A DNA stretch of 64,000 nt from the NCBI GenBank assembly GCA_903813345.2, contig CAIIXF020000001.1, forward strand, positions 868,001 to 932,000, given 5' to 3'. How positions within the stretch are numbered: position 1 is the first letter of the stretch; each line of letters starts with the position of its first letter. The notes under the pieces are model-generated. The model was not told the DNA's origin and did no database searches. It saw only the letters and a list, made by a program, of their open reading frames with translations. The stretch comes from Owenia fusiformis. Lineage: Eukaryota. The position numbers were made by a program, and so were the translations under genes. Of this stretch, positions 24,601 to 37,150 are shown in pieces.

Positions 24601-26315
24601 TTTCCATATCATCTACAAGTTTTCAAAAGTTCAAATCTGACTTAACATTTAAGATTTGACCTTCAATGACCTTTTCAAAAAAGGTTAAAAAGGTCAAAAA
24701 CTTATATATTCATCAGTTATAGTGGTTCAACTTTTATATTGTAGTAATAGTATATACAAATCAAAATATGTCCCCTAAAAGAAAATACAGGGTGGTAAAA
24801 AAAAACGGCAACCCTAGTTTTTCCTAATATCTTTGTCATTCTAAGGAATAACTCCCTGATATTTTACACATTTGTACATCATTCAATTTCCTACCAACCT
24901 ACCATATCTCATGACCATCGGACTGATAGTCACAATATTACTGCATTTTAAGCAACATACCCCAGATGGCCACTTTCGGGCTGTCTGAGCTGGTCTGTTA
25001 TCCAAATGAACTCCATTTTCAACTTGATGCACTGGTAAACTGTAACAATTATGTATTCTTGGGGAGCCAAGCACTTTATGAAGTAGTGGAGAGGCACCTT
25101 CACACAGACAGATGCACAGTTTAGTGTGTTCTCAGAAGATTGGGTCCTTTACCTTTGATGATGCTAACAGATATGCAATAACTGTCAACATCAAAGTCAA
25201 AGTCCATGATTCCCATGGAGTTCTTGGGGACTTTAGGTGAACCCAGGGGGTTGAAAGGCAGCAACAGTGGTTCCAACAAGACAGAACCATACCCCATACA
25301 CCAAATGATGCACAATATTGGCTTGGGGACCACTTCAATGACCACTTTATCAGCAGTACAACAGACAATGAATGGGCACCCCATAGTACAGATATAGCCC
25401 CATTTAATCTTTACCAGTGGGGATACCCAAAAGATAGAGTGTAGGGTAATAACACCAGAAAGACATTTGACCTCAAAATTAAGATCACATGTGTCATTCA
25501 GGCCATACTTGCTGAGGAATGCTGTTATGTCATTGACAGGTTTGGAAAACATGTGCAGGTTTGCCTACAGCACGATATTGGAGAACTGGGACATCTTGTT
25601 TAAAGTGCTGTAACATTGCGACTATCTATCCAATTTTCATAAAATAACACAGTCTAGTATGAAATTGAATGATGTACATGTGTGCCAAATATCAGGGCAA
25701 AATATCCAAAAATGACAAAGATATGAGGAAAAATTAGGGTTGCCGTTTTTTTTACCACCCTGTATTATCTTTCCAATATACATAAGAAAGGATATTTCAC
25801 TTATTGTGATTTTATAACATGGAGCCTAGGGGAAATCTCCCCACCTAAAAATCACATTTTTAAAGTTGATAAACCCTTTTTTAAAAGCACATTTCTATAA
25901 GCAATTTTACATGAAGATTTCAAATATGACATCTGAATTTTGAATTTTTAATGACGTAAATCAAGATTATTTTTAATCACATCTAGTCCGTTGTGTCGCA
26001 TTTATTGGAGTATCATACATATTATTTATTGTCTGAATCTGATCATATTGGCTGATTTCATTTGTTGTGTGATCAATTTGGTGCTACTATGTCTTAGCAT
26101 ATGCGGCTCATTTTGTATACAACCTTTTGTATTTCCAGCCTGACAATCCAGTGGTCCCAGGGCCGCATCTTTTGAAAAATCGGAGGAAATCAGGCTCAAA
26201 GAGACTTTCTGGAGGTTTATCTCCCTCAAAGCGAAGATCCTTAACAACTGTGAAGGAAAACCAATGTGCAAGTCCTTTATCAACTGTCAATCAAAATACA
26301 ATTGTTCCTAATTAG
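15613..26315 (+). CDS. MTFR1: Mitochondrial fission regulator (MTFR1/MTFR2 family)
   Basis: Exons 15613-15675, 20524-20643, 21190-21302, 21588-21820, 22185-22336, 22742-22860, 23239-23449, 26139-26315 splice in frame. Motifs LIRMILDMVG, NIVRRIGSALP, KISQLEDELAKMRAQIASIV, polyproline, PNMSDVLKGLGKVKL and DPASMIAAALKKRFA. Probably co-orthologous to the vertebrate MTFR paralogues. Confidence 0.88.
15860..18080 (+). mobile_element. degenerate CR1/L2-type LINE RT 3' fragment (split by a solo LTR)
   Basis: IFADDTTIY near 15865, then after the LTR WSNKWLL...KCKVLHLG, KANKILGAIKRTF, LYATLVRPHLEY and WNNLPENVV, with stops and frameshifts. Confidence 0.8.
15951..17399. mobile_element. probable solo LTR (Gypsy-type)
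   Basis: TGTAAT...ATTACA termini with 4-bp TSD AAAT; interrupts contiguous LINE coding sequence; no ORF. Confidence 0.7.
18085..20215 (-). mobile_element. 5'-truncated CR1/L2-group LINE (RT pseudogene) with poly(A) tail
   Basis: ORFs 19660-18974 ([22 protein letters not shown], YADD) and 18987-18364 (C-terminal CACG...ETPKHLFFYC); upstream LDIALAFDCVPH; A-tail seen as a T-run at 18085-18105. Confidence 0.92.
19790..20118. mobile_element. interspersed repeat of about 330 bp inserted in the LINE; second copy at 37406-37735
   Basis: Near-identical copies starting TATTACATACCC and ending GGGACATAACTGCTAAA; the LINE reading frame resumes on both sides. Confidence 0.85.
20800..21045 (+). repeat. 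degenerate SINE-like relic ending in an (AATAC)n microsatellite
   Basis: (AATAC)n at about 20970-21043 is directly visible. The upstream GGTGTGTAC...GTGCACATAAAAGAAC resembles the Meta-SINE core as recalled. Confidence 0.4.
23479..24400 (+). mobile_element. Helentron-associated (HINE/DINE-1-like) element with (CCGT)n and internal tandem repeats
   Basis: Subterminal IR ATCCCATCGAAC (23481) and GTTCGATGGGAT (24359); (CCGT)n at 23520-23606; three internal repeats of about 130-145 bp containing AAAATGGC. Confidence 0.8.
24788..25762 (+). mobile_element. deleted Tc1/mariner (rosa/maT-like) transposon with decayed transposase, nested in a DINE-like relic (about 24440-25995)
   Basis: TA|CAGGGTGGTAAAAAAAAACGGCAACCCTA...TAGGGTTGCCGTTTTTTTTACCACCCTG|TA; residual WFQQDRTIPHT and QWGYPKDRV* motifs. 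Confidence 0.85.
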
Positions 26316-29300
26316 GGAGGGGTTTATCTAAAACATATGTTGTTGTTGTAAAAGGACATGACAGTTCACTGAAGAGACTATTGACTATTGCAATTAAAGG
26401 GACATTCCTCACATCATTTTAAGAGTATTCATCAATTGGACGAGAGACCATTGCAATTAATGAGTCACTCATATTATTTAAGAGTATATCATCACTTATT
26501 TGATAGATTGGTGATTATTAGAAATTGATCTCTGTATTATCTTGATCATTTCTACTACTCCTAAAGTAACTGTGGAATGGTTAATAGAATCTTGATGATT
26601 TAGTTTCACAAAAATGAATTTGAATTGTATGGTGCTGTGGAATTTCAAGATTTTAATATCAAACAAGAGTGAAAACTATTTTAGTAAATTGGTTACTCTG
26701 CTCAAATATCAACTCAGTTTAAAACAATTTTAAAATGTAAAATCATGTTTTACAATTTGGTGTTTTATATATATTTGTATATAAGTGTAAATAAAATATG
26801 TTTTATGGAATAAGAACAATTGTTTCATGTTTTAACAATAAGTATGTACAAGGAGTATTGCTTTCTTCAAAAGATCTTATTTTTATCAACAATTTTGTTC
26901 AAAATTTTATTTTCCATTGGTCGGCAAATTGTTTAATTATCCCACCTAATGCCATGTCATGATGATGATTCATGCCATCTGGATGAAGAATCTCTTGAGA
27001 AGGAATGGCCACGCAATTCAAAGTGGCTGCCATTTTTCATGAAAATATATAATCTTTGGCAACTCAAATACCAGCTAATGGATTTGGTTCATGTGCCTAT
27101 ACCTCGACAAAGGAGCTTTAATCAATAAGAGAATATTAAGGTGGCCACTAAATTTTAAAATGTCCACCATTTTTTGTGAAGACATAATCTTTTCGATAAC
27201 TCAAATACTTATGGACAGATTTGGTTCAAGTGCCTAGGGACAAACTGACAAAGAAGCTTTGCTCAAGAAGACATTTTCAAAATGGCTGCCATTTTTTGTA
27301 AAAAACAATTTTTCATAACTCAAATACCAGTGGACAGATATGGTTCAAATTTTAAGAATGAATTTCAAAATGGCTGCAAATTTTGTAAAAAAAACGTATC
27401 TGCTACTCTGTGGAGTTGTTTGCTATTCAATATGTAATATCCATGCTCCATGTGGTGAAATTCTTCAAACTGGTTACAAAACATCCGTTTTAGCAACAAA
27501 ATATCACAGATTTTCCCATGATCTCCGAGATGAAGGCATAATATTCTCATGGATATGGGATAACACTTTTGGGGTTTGTATATGAGTTTTATCCTTCGAG
27601 ATGAAATAATATCTCCTCTGTACAAGGTGTCAAGAAACAATGGCACCATCATGCACAAATATTTAGTAGGTGCTTTCTGAAGACCTTCAAAGAGACATTT
27701 TGGAAGGGAAGCCATATGATAAGAACTGTATGATTTAATAGGAGTCTCGTTTTATGAATTAGACAAACAGATTGTCTCATAACAATAGCTCACCTCACTA
27801 ATGTGAGCTAAAAAACTACTATACATATTTTGTAAATCATAAAATTAGATTCCAATTTTATTAACTGTGGTAAAAACATTTACAGTTTACATTCACAGAA
27901 AACCATCATTAAACTTTTAAGTATGTCACCCCAAAAAGATAATAAAATATGAGATTCAACATTTGAGCTGCAGTATGGCAATTTACCAGAAAAGTGGATA
28001 AACTGTCCATAACATTTCGAACACTCTTCACTAATGAACTAGAAAAGGTGTAAGAATTTCAGTTAGAATTAAATCTCAACTACATTTTTTCTTCCACTTC
28101 AAAAGATTTTTGTTTGTATTTTCTACAATAGTCCTCTAGTTTTTCACATATTTAGTTGAATGGTGTGAGCGATCTGAGACTATAATAATAATTAGTTATT
28201 GTCTACTTATAGCAAACTATTTCTCACTGGCTCTTGTATTAAAGGCCCCATGTAAAGTTTAAACCACTTTGGCTTATACTGTAGTCTTACCTAATGTTAT
28301 CAAAGTGTGATATGTGAAACTTTTTTTTTAAATTTCAAAAAGTGGTTTTTGATAGACTTTTTGTTCCAAAATTTGTGAATTTATTTAAAACCAACTTTTA
28401 GAGGTCACTCATATCTTCTAATTAGCCACAATTCATACCAATGCATAGCATTCATCCTCCCATGATTTTTGCCGAAAAAATTAAGAAAATCGGTTGATAA
28501 ACAAGCGAGAAATGAACTTATCAGTGCATGAAAATGGTTCTGAGAAAAATGCATTTCAAAATTTTAGTTCTCATAGAAGCCAATGGTACAATGATATCTA
28601 AAACATAATTTATTCTTCCTTTTAACCTGGTTAGACAATCAACATTGGTTTTTTATGAAACTCTAGCATATTTAGAAAAGATTGACATTGAAAAAAAAAA
28701 TTTAATTTTTTTCAAAAAGTTTTTGTTACCTTAGTGACATCACTAATGTTTCAAAATATTTTTGATATGCTAAAACATTGAAGTGGCCCATTAAATATGG
28801 CATTTTATTATTGAAATAGTGTGTCCTTTGTTCAATCTTTGCATTGGTGTTAAAAAGATAATCTTTTTTGAAATGCATTAAGAAATATTTGATGATTAAG
28901 AAATTTCAACTTTTTTGAAAAATGGCGGGAAATTTGAATATTTGAGAAATGAAATGCTCACAACTTTTTTTCAAAATTTTTTTTTTGTTCAAAAATCTCT
29001 AAAATCACCTTTTAAGTCCTGATAAATAGTAAATGAATGATAAAAAAATATTTTCAAACTTTAGACAGTGACTTTAAGTGAATAATGCCTTCAATTGCAC
29101 AAATCCTCATATCAAAGATATCCCATGGTGCATTTTCACATGCTATAACCTTTTTCCAATATATCCAATATAGAATATTTGCAATAGTTAACAACATATC
29201 CAACAGCTAAGCAAACATATGCAAATGTTAACATAATATATCAAACATTTAACCATATATATCCAATGATTAACATATTCAATAGTAACATAATATATAC

Positions 29301-29479
29301 AATAGTTGACCTAATACGACAGGTGATGGTCGGGATCACCTGATCATTTGTTTTTGAGGCTATGTTTTCATTTTAACCCAGTGTACAGATTACTCAAGCT
29401 AGGACTTTGAAAATTGGTCAGTATTTAAATTACATCCTGCCATTTAAATGTCTGAAAGGGTTTGAACAAAGGATAATGG

Positions 29480-29990
29480 AGCAATATAGCATCGAAGTAT
29501 GGCCCATGCGATATATCCTATAGTTAACATGATGTATCTCATACTTAAGTGGGTTTGGGGTAGATATCACTCGGGAATACATATCATATCTGAGGAGCGG
29601 GCAGGATATATTGTATATGTCCCGCTCCAGGCCAAATGCGAGCAGATATAATATATCCATCCCGCTCCCGGGAATTTTTCAAAAGTTTAAAAAAGTTTAA
29701 ATATCAAAAGTTTTAATTATTTAATTAAATTTTTTAAGTTTAAATGTTACAATTTCATTGTATTGAACAAAAAGAATATTACGAAAATATATTTGAAAAA
29801 GGTGGAAAAGGTTATATCTACCCTAAACCCACTCAAGTATGAGATACACCAGTTATGCACGATCGGTTTGGATACATGGAATATCCCTTGAGATATACAA
29901 TACATCTTCCCTCGGTCCCTCGGGAAGATATATTGTATATCCCTCGGGATATTCCCTGTATCCAAAACCTTCCAGTGCATAACCCCTATA
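29480..29990. mobile_element. palindrome-rich non-autonomous element
   Basis: IR TGTATCTCATACTTAAGTGGGTTTGGGGTAGATAT (about 29534) and its reverse complement (about 29814), plus a terminal hairpin at about 29880-29960. Confidence 0.55.
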
Positions 29991-30583
29991 TATCCAATTG
30001 AATGTGTTTGAGGTTTTTGTGAGCACTATACGTTTAAGTCCCAGCTGAGCGGGCAGATACTATGATCATCCTATAGTCGGTTCACAGTATTGGGATTATC
30101 AGTTATCACTATGTATTCTATTGGTAATAATCCCATCCTGAACCTATATCCAATAGTTAATATAGTAATACATCAAATAGTTAACATAATATAACCAATA
30201 TAATATAATATCTGAAGGTTAACACAGTATTTTCAATAGTATAACACATGTAACACAATATATCCAATACTGAATATATCCAGTATAAATTCCCTCAATA
30301 ATCTATGTATTTAAAATAAGGAAATAATCTCTTTTTTCACCAGGGTAGCCCTTCTGATGTGGAATTCTGATTGTCCACGCAACTAAAATGCAGCTTTTAT
30401 TTGCCAATTAAGAATAATAGCTAAAGCATATTATACACATGGAGACAACAACATATACATATAAGGTTCCACCCTCATTCATAACAAACAATAAATTAAT
30501 AAGTTAGATCCTTAGAAATATACAAAATTCCACCATAAAAATATATTAAATGCTATATCTGTAACTTTAACTGTCATGTTATA

Positions 30584-33500
30584 TTACACAATGTTTTCAG
30601 CAGATCCCATGAAGACTCCCTTTGGTTTACGTAATCTGTGTAGCACTTTGCCCATGAGTGAATAGAGTACAGGGTCCCATGTTGCTCGATTTTTGCTATA
30701 AATGTTGAGATATATTCCTAGGACGACAATAAGGCCTGACCAGACATACCTGAAAGGCATACAACAGCATGTCAATACATGTACTTAGTGTCCCAAGACA
30801 ACAAGGTAATCGCTCATGTAGAATATAAATGGATGGCAGATTTTTTTTTTTTAAATTTTCATATTAATCTATTTAAAGTATGGGTCAAACCAAGGGCCAC
30901 TTTCAATGTTAAATAAAAAAGTATTTTTCAGTGAAAATTTTATTAACTTATTGTTTGTGCTTATAGTCTGTTTGTGAAACAACATATCATTAAGTCATAA
31001 AAGGATTTAGCCAGAGGCTAACATAAATATTGATAACCCACAAAGTGAAAATGTAAAGAAAAATTCACTTACTGCAGTGTAAAGGGCTTGGTGAAGAAGA
31101 CAAATGATAAGATAATAGTTAGGGCCTTTCTACATGTTGTAACTGAAACAATAGAATACAGGAAATAATAAATGCTTAAGAACAAATATTGGGTCTAGAT
31201 AGACTCAAAAGTCTGCTGCACCTGAATGTCATAACTGGTACATTTCTCATTCATTCTGAATTTGACATTTTTAGTTCTTTGAACATTTATGTTCTTTAAG
31301 TACATCGAGATTGGTTATATAACTGTATACCCAAGCCATCATAAACAATGTTTAGGCCACAGATGTATACGTTTTCATTTATACAGAAAAAGACCATATA
31401 TGGTAATTTAGTTATATGTAACAATGACATTACCTGTAACTGCAGGTAAAGCCCCAAATGTCTTAACCAAAGTTAGGACTATGTTGACACCCATGTAGCC
31501 CATGAAGGAAAATACCAAAGCATAACCATAGGTCTTGACAGGACTCTGCAAAAATCAAAAAAATTACAAGTACATGTTAATCTAGTTCTCATATCAAGAA
31601 GTTTTATTCATAAACAGTACAAATAGACAAATGATAATATATTACACAGGATTTCTGTTAACTATAGATTTTAAACATATACAGTTATAGTGTATTCTGC
31701 TGTACAAACATAAATGTATGTGTAATGGTCAATTTATGTTTCAAGAAAAAATGTCAGTTTTTGACAATACTTCACATACCTTAAGGCAAAACATGAATGC
31801 CTCTACTAGCTGCCCTGACAATGCAAGTCCAGCAAATATATACACAAAGCCTATAGAGTATGAGTAGAGCACCTGGAAATAACAAGTATTCATACTACAC
31901 ATAATTATAAAGAATTGAGAATGAAGAATTATCGAAGGTCATTAAGAATGGAAATCTTGCACCAGGATGGACTATGAAGCAAGGACTTCCATCTTTATCT
32001 AACTGTTGTTGGACTTCTAAAATCCCATGATTGATTTGTGTTACCATGGGCACTTGGCAATGTTCTACCAATATGGTAAATTGTGGCAACCATGTTTTCA
32101 AATTTAATTGTGAACTTCATTCTGATGTTTTAAATATAGAAGAGGGTAGAGTATGCAAAACATTTTAATTATATGCCCATGCATTTAGTCCTTACCATTT
32201 CAGAATTGCTGCTGCTATAATGTCTCATTGCCTTCTCTTGTACATTGCCTATAACAGCATCAGCAACAAGTGCCAGGGATATGAGCAGTACACCATATGG
32301 GTCAAACGAGGGCTGAACGCTACTGTCAGCTAATGTGAATAAAATCAGACCTATACTCATACTGAAGCAGGCTGTGAAGTCAAGGTAGCCATATTTTTTA
32401 CCTGAAAAATAAAAAGTATGAATTGGATTTATTTTTAAAAAAATTACTAAACAACAAGTCACTCCGATTTATCACTAAAAGCTCCTCATTTATCAAATTA
32501 ATATTTGTAAAGCATTTATCAAATTAATATTTGTAAATCTAGATTTTCTTCCATTTTTTCAAAATATTGATTCACTTTTGTAGCCCTGATTTTATAAACC
32601 TTTATTTCCTCCTGGTGTTTTTTTCTAGAAATCCTGATTTTCTCAAATTATTTTAGAAAATGAACCCTGATTTTCAGAAATCATCAGACGCAGACATGCC
32701 ATTTACTCTTCTTAACATTATAGATTCCCAGAAATGAATACTTTCTCCCTAAGACGATCTCAAAATATTTTGCATCACCTTGTATGAGTATTCCTCCTAT
32801 AAGTACAGGTATAAGTTTACAGCACTTAAATATCACTTGTGTTGGGTAGTTGAGGTATCCTACACTACTGTTAGAGAGACCCATTGTGGCCACTGTCAGG
32901 AAGGCTATCAAAAAGTAGGTCCTCAGTGGTATTCTGAAATCGAAAATCAGAAAATATCAACAATTAAGTCTCATCCCGTGCTCCACTTTTTCACTAGACT
33001 GACCATATCTGGTGTTGGATGTTTGAAAAGTATTCTTCTTGAAATTGAGTTTAAGGTTTCAAACTAAGGTGAGGATTTTTCATTTTTAGTAAAATATAAA
33101 GAATAAAACAACTTGACCTTTTTATAAAAATAATCAATTTCATCCCATTCCAGATGTTGGGAAATGTAAATATATATATTGTCAATCAAGTGTCAAGTTT
33201 ATTCTATATTCATATATTCAGAGAAAGTTAAAACTAGTAAGACATGTCTGCATTTCAGTTTCTTCTGAATCAAAACAAAACAAAACAATACTGGGATAAT
33301 ATTAAAAACATATTTTACAAAGGAATACTTCACCTTCTAGCCTTATCTTCTTTAAACTGCATCTCAGTGAACCCAAAGAGTGTGTAGCAAAGGAACTGTA
33401 TCAGAGTCAGATACCAGCCATAAGGTCTGAAGCCTTCCAGGCGGAATATCAACTCCTGACAATTAGAAAAGGAAGTAACATGACAAAAAAATGTTACTTC

Positions 33501-34916
33501 TGCAATTGCACTAAAGGAAAGATATGTAATAATTCATGCATCAATTTTTTGCTAAACCCTTGAATTCTAAACAATCCTATTTCTATATTTGTTTAATTGG
33601 AATAATTCATGGATAATTCCGTACAGCCAAGCCATTTTAATTTGGATATATAAGCACAAATGCCAAAGGGAGGGTAACTAAAAACTTTAAGGAAACCCAA
33701 CAAGAAAACCAAACTGTAAGTGTAAATCTGTCATAAGAAAAGTAGACCCTATATATCCCAAAACCATGATCTAACATGAAAAGAAACAATGTCTAACATC
33801 CCCCTCCCTCTCCAATCGAGAACCAATATCACAATCCAGGACCAGAACACCAAGGGACATTTCATTCATACTGAAGTCATTACATTACATGTAAGGATGT
33901 TCATTTCAGCCTCAAGGGATATCATTTCTACTAATAACAAATTTACAAGATGTCCAGTTTACTCATACTCTTTCTAATATTGATATTAGTTTTTATGAGC
34001 AAAATTAAAAAGAAATCAACAGATAGAAGAAACTTTAAGGTCTGAGTAGCTGTATATGCAAACTTAAATGAGATTTATGCAGTTTAACGAAAGGTCTGTT
34101 CTACAAAAATTAGTTGCACCAAAATCAAAATTCTGCAGTTTTATGCTGTGGCAAGGAAAAAGTAAAAGGAAATGAGCGTGCGTAATTAATAGGAACACAG
34201 CGAGTTACTTTAGACATCCAGTATTATAATTAAATGTTTCATGATTTCAAGTAATGAATAATATTGAGTCAGATAGAACATGGCAATATTACATTGAAGT
34301 TTTCAATATGAAATCAAAAGGTTAAAATAACATTATTGACGTAACTGTGTAAATCAGTTAACACATTGACGGAACAGCACTTTTAACAAAGCATTAACAT
34401 GAAAATGTCATCAGCTGCCATTTGTTACAGATGCCGAATGCCAACTGCCAAACACCTACTGTCATACACCAAATACCATCCACAAAAAAGCCGGAGACTA
34501 TAATAATGGTTGTGACATAAATGTAGTAATAATCACAACAAACATTTATGTTAAGATGATGTGAGAATTAAAATCGAGCTCACCTGAAAATATCCATAAA
34601 CGAGAAAGAAGGCAAATACTCCAGCAACAAGAATTAAGAATTGTCCGGTTCTACTGAAATATCCCAGATCAAAGCACATTATCTTCATCTCATGGTCTCT
34701 TCCCTTTGTGCCTGCAGGCCCAGGGCCATCATGAATCTTTATCTGCACTTGTTTCGCCATAGCGTCCTCCATGGCTGTATCGGTTTTATCAGGGTGGTGA
34801 CTTTGTTTGGATGTTGCTGTGTCTGTATCAAACTGTGACATATTGGATGAGCTAGCTCTCGATGCAAGCTGTGAGTATCTATCTAAACGGTGATCTGAAG
34901 CTGACTGGTACATCAT
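30584..34916 (-). CDS. SLC35B3: PAPS transporter 2 (solute carrier 35B3)
   Basis: Exons 34916-34584, 33455-33334, 32933-32779, 32401-32196, 31872-31780, 31545-31434, 31142-31073, 30749-30584 splice in frame. Motifs FFLVYGYFQELIF, YGWYLTLIQF, TMGLSNSSVGYLNYPTQVIFKCCKLIPV and ADAVIGNVQEKAM. Confidence 0.95.
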
Positions 34917-35635
34917 AGGCACATATGTAGGAAGTATCGAACAAAAGGATTCTGCGTCAGCTGGTGGATTTGATTAACATTGTTGGCAACTAGGCTACAA
35001 ATAAAATGATAGAAATTTAACAAGTGTAATCAATACAGAAATGTATATTACATGCTGTCATCAATCAATAGGTCATGTACATAATGTAAAATACACAGCC
35101 AATCGCAACAGTACTGTAAAGTACCATTTTGACTATGGTACTGTGTGGTACCATAAAATGTGGTAGAAACAAGGAGGTAGAAACAAGGACTATACAATAC
35201 AAAAATTGGGGGCTATTAGAAATCAATTATTTATAGCTCTCATATGCTGACATAATGAGAACTTGGAGAGGCCAATCAACTCTAACTCCCCTCCATAAGT
35301 TTGGCAACCTTAGCTCCCCCATTGAACTACGTGTTAAAGCCTCTTTACGTTTGAATTTTTATTTACTTAACCGGCGATGAAATAACTTACAATATTGATG
35401 GAAATGTAACTTGACTTTATATCCAATACCTCCAAATTTTCTCAATTTTTTCCTCAATTACAATTGATGATTTGATGAATTTTTGAAAATCATCATTCCC
35501 ATGTAATCCAATGGGAAATTGAGGGTTCGGGGCAAATCAGAAATCAGGATATCTTTTCAGTAAATGATTCAGCAAAAAATATTTTTATATAGAAAATTGA
35601 ATTGTCTAACTTTTTTGTACACTACAGTAAAATTT

Positions 35636-36279
35636 AAATGTTTGGAACTACTTTGAATTTAAAAAATAAGCAATCAAAGGACCATATTGAAACAGTATAT
35701 ATAAAAATAGAAACATTTATACAGTGCTGATATAAAATAATAAAGGGTGCGTTTTCAAACTAAAGAGAGTGCTCCTACCAAAATGAATTTGCCTACATAT
35801 CCCTGAGACTCTTATCTGATAGATGGAATGCACAAATAAAACAAAAGTTTTGCTATTATAGGTAAAAAGTTTTTACTTAAAATTTCGAAGTGATTTTACC
35901 CGTTAATTCTGTCATTGGTCCGTCATTTTTGGGGAAGTTACACTGAAACGCAAACTCCATGAAACAAACGACTTATCAATTAATTTGTATCAGCACTGTA
36001 CATGTCCTAACTTTTGTATATTTTAATTGTTTTGTAGTTTAGCTATCGTATCTGTGGCCTCTTATATTTTGATACTTCTCTGCCATGTTATTTTCGGAAA
36101 AATTAACATGGCTGAAACTCCCTAAATTACAAAAAGCCATATCTTTACTGCATATTATACAACCATCTGAAATATACAAAAGTTAGGACAAGTACATATG
36201 TTTCTATTTTTTTATATACTGTTGCAATATAGTCATTTGATTGCTTATTTTTTAAATTCAAAGTAGTTCCAAACATTTT
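35636..36279. mobile_element. degenerate foldback element
   Basis: Inverted arms of about 80 bp (AAATGTTTGGAACTACTTTGAATTTAAAAAATAAGCAATCAAA and its reverse complement); the interior is related to the MITE at 37799-38129. Confidence 0.6.
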
Positions 36280-36349
36280 ACTGTACAGTTGGTGACATAA
36301 AGAATTACAAAAGCTATGGAAATTACATGCTGTCGCACATGTTATAAAT

Positions 36350-37150
36350 TCTTACCTCAGTGTATTCAGTGCTCTATTTTCGATTACGCCGCAATGTGGA
36401 TTGGCTCCCAGAATGCAACATGACACGTGTCAGCTTTCAAAATGCCGTTCCCCCATTTTGAAATCTGTCACGAGTAAATAAGGTTACCTGATGTTGCATT
36501 CTGGGAGTCAATCCTCCTTGGATCACAAACATGGCGATTCATGAAAACATTCGTTCGGTTTGGTAGGGATCGTCGATTTATCCATCATTTGCAGGTATGA
36601 AGCTTTGGATTCATTTATTGTGCTACTAAAGTGAATGGGAATTATTTTTCTACCACTTGGGAGAGTTTGAGACACGAAACTTAGAATTTAGCTCATTGTG
36701 ACAACTTTTGAGGGTTGAGATTTATTTTTGTACCCCAATTGATGAATACTAAAGTTACAGCGCTTCGTGATAGGAAATATCAGCAACCTGGTACCTTACA
36801 TGGACATACTATTTCCATTAGTTTATATGCGTGTACAGAAATAACCGCTTTAGTGGTGTATTACTTGATAAGCATTCAAAATGTGTAAAACTGAGAAATA
36901 TTGTACCTGAACGTCAGCAAATTGGGGGGAGTAACCTGCAGATAACTTTCCTGATAAAGCAGTGATGCTGATTCAACAGGAGATATAATTGACATATGTC
37001 ATCAAAATGAATAAAGTTGACATAAATTTTATATGTATCATACTAATATGTAACTTTCACAGAGATATGGCCTTCTTGTATTCAAATGTAAATGAATCTG
37101 AAAAGTTAAATCAGCGAGTTATCCGTATTTCTCTTCGATAATCAAAGATG
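36350..37150. promoter_or_regulatory. divergent SLC35B3/THOC1 promoter region
   Basis: Inverted pair of ZNF143/Staf-like TCCCAGAATGCA motifs (36398-36421, 36491-36514) around CACGTG; YY1-like AACATGGCG (about 36529) and AAGATGGCTGC at the THOC1 ATG; minus-strand donors near 36355 and 36487. Confidence 0.6.

Noticed and set aside
28239-29077. Kolobok-like element with TTAA flanks
   Set aside because: Terminal similarity is too short (TTAAAG/CTTTAA) to support without other copies.
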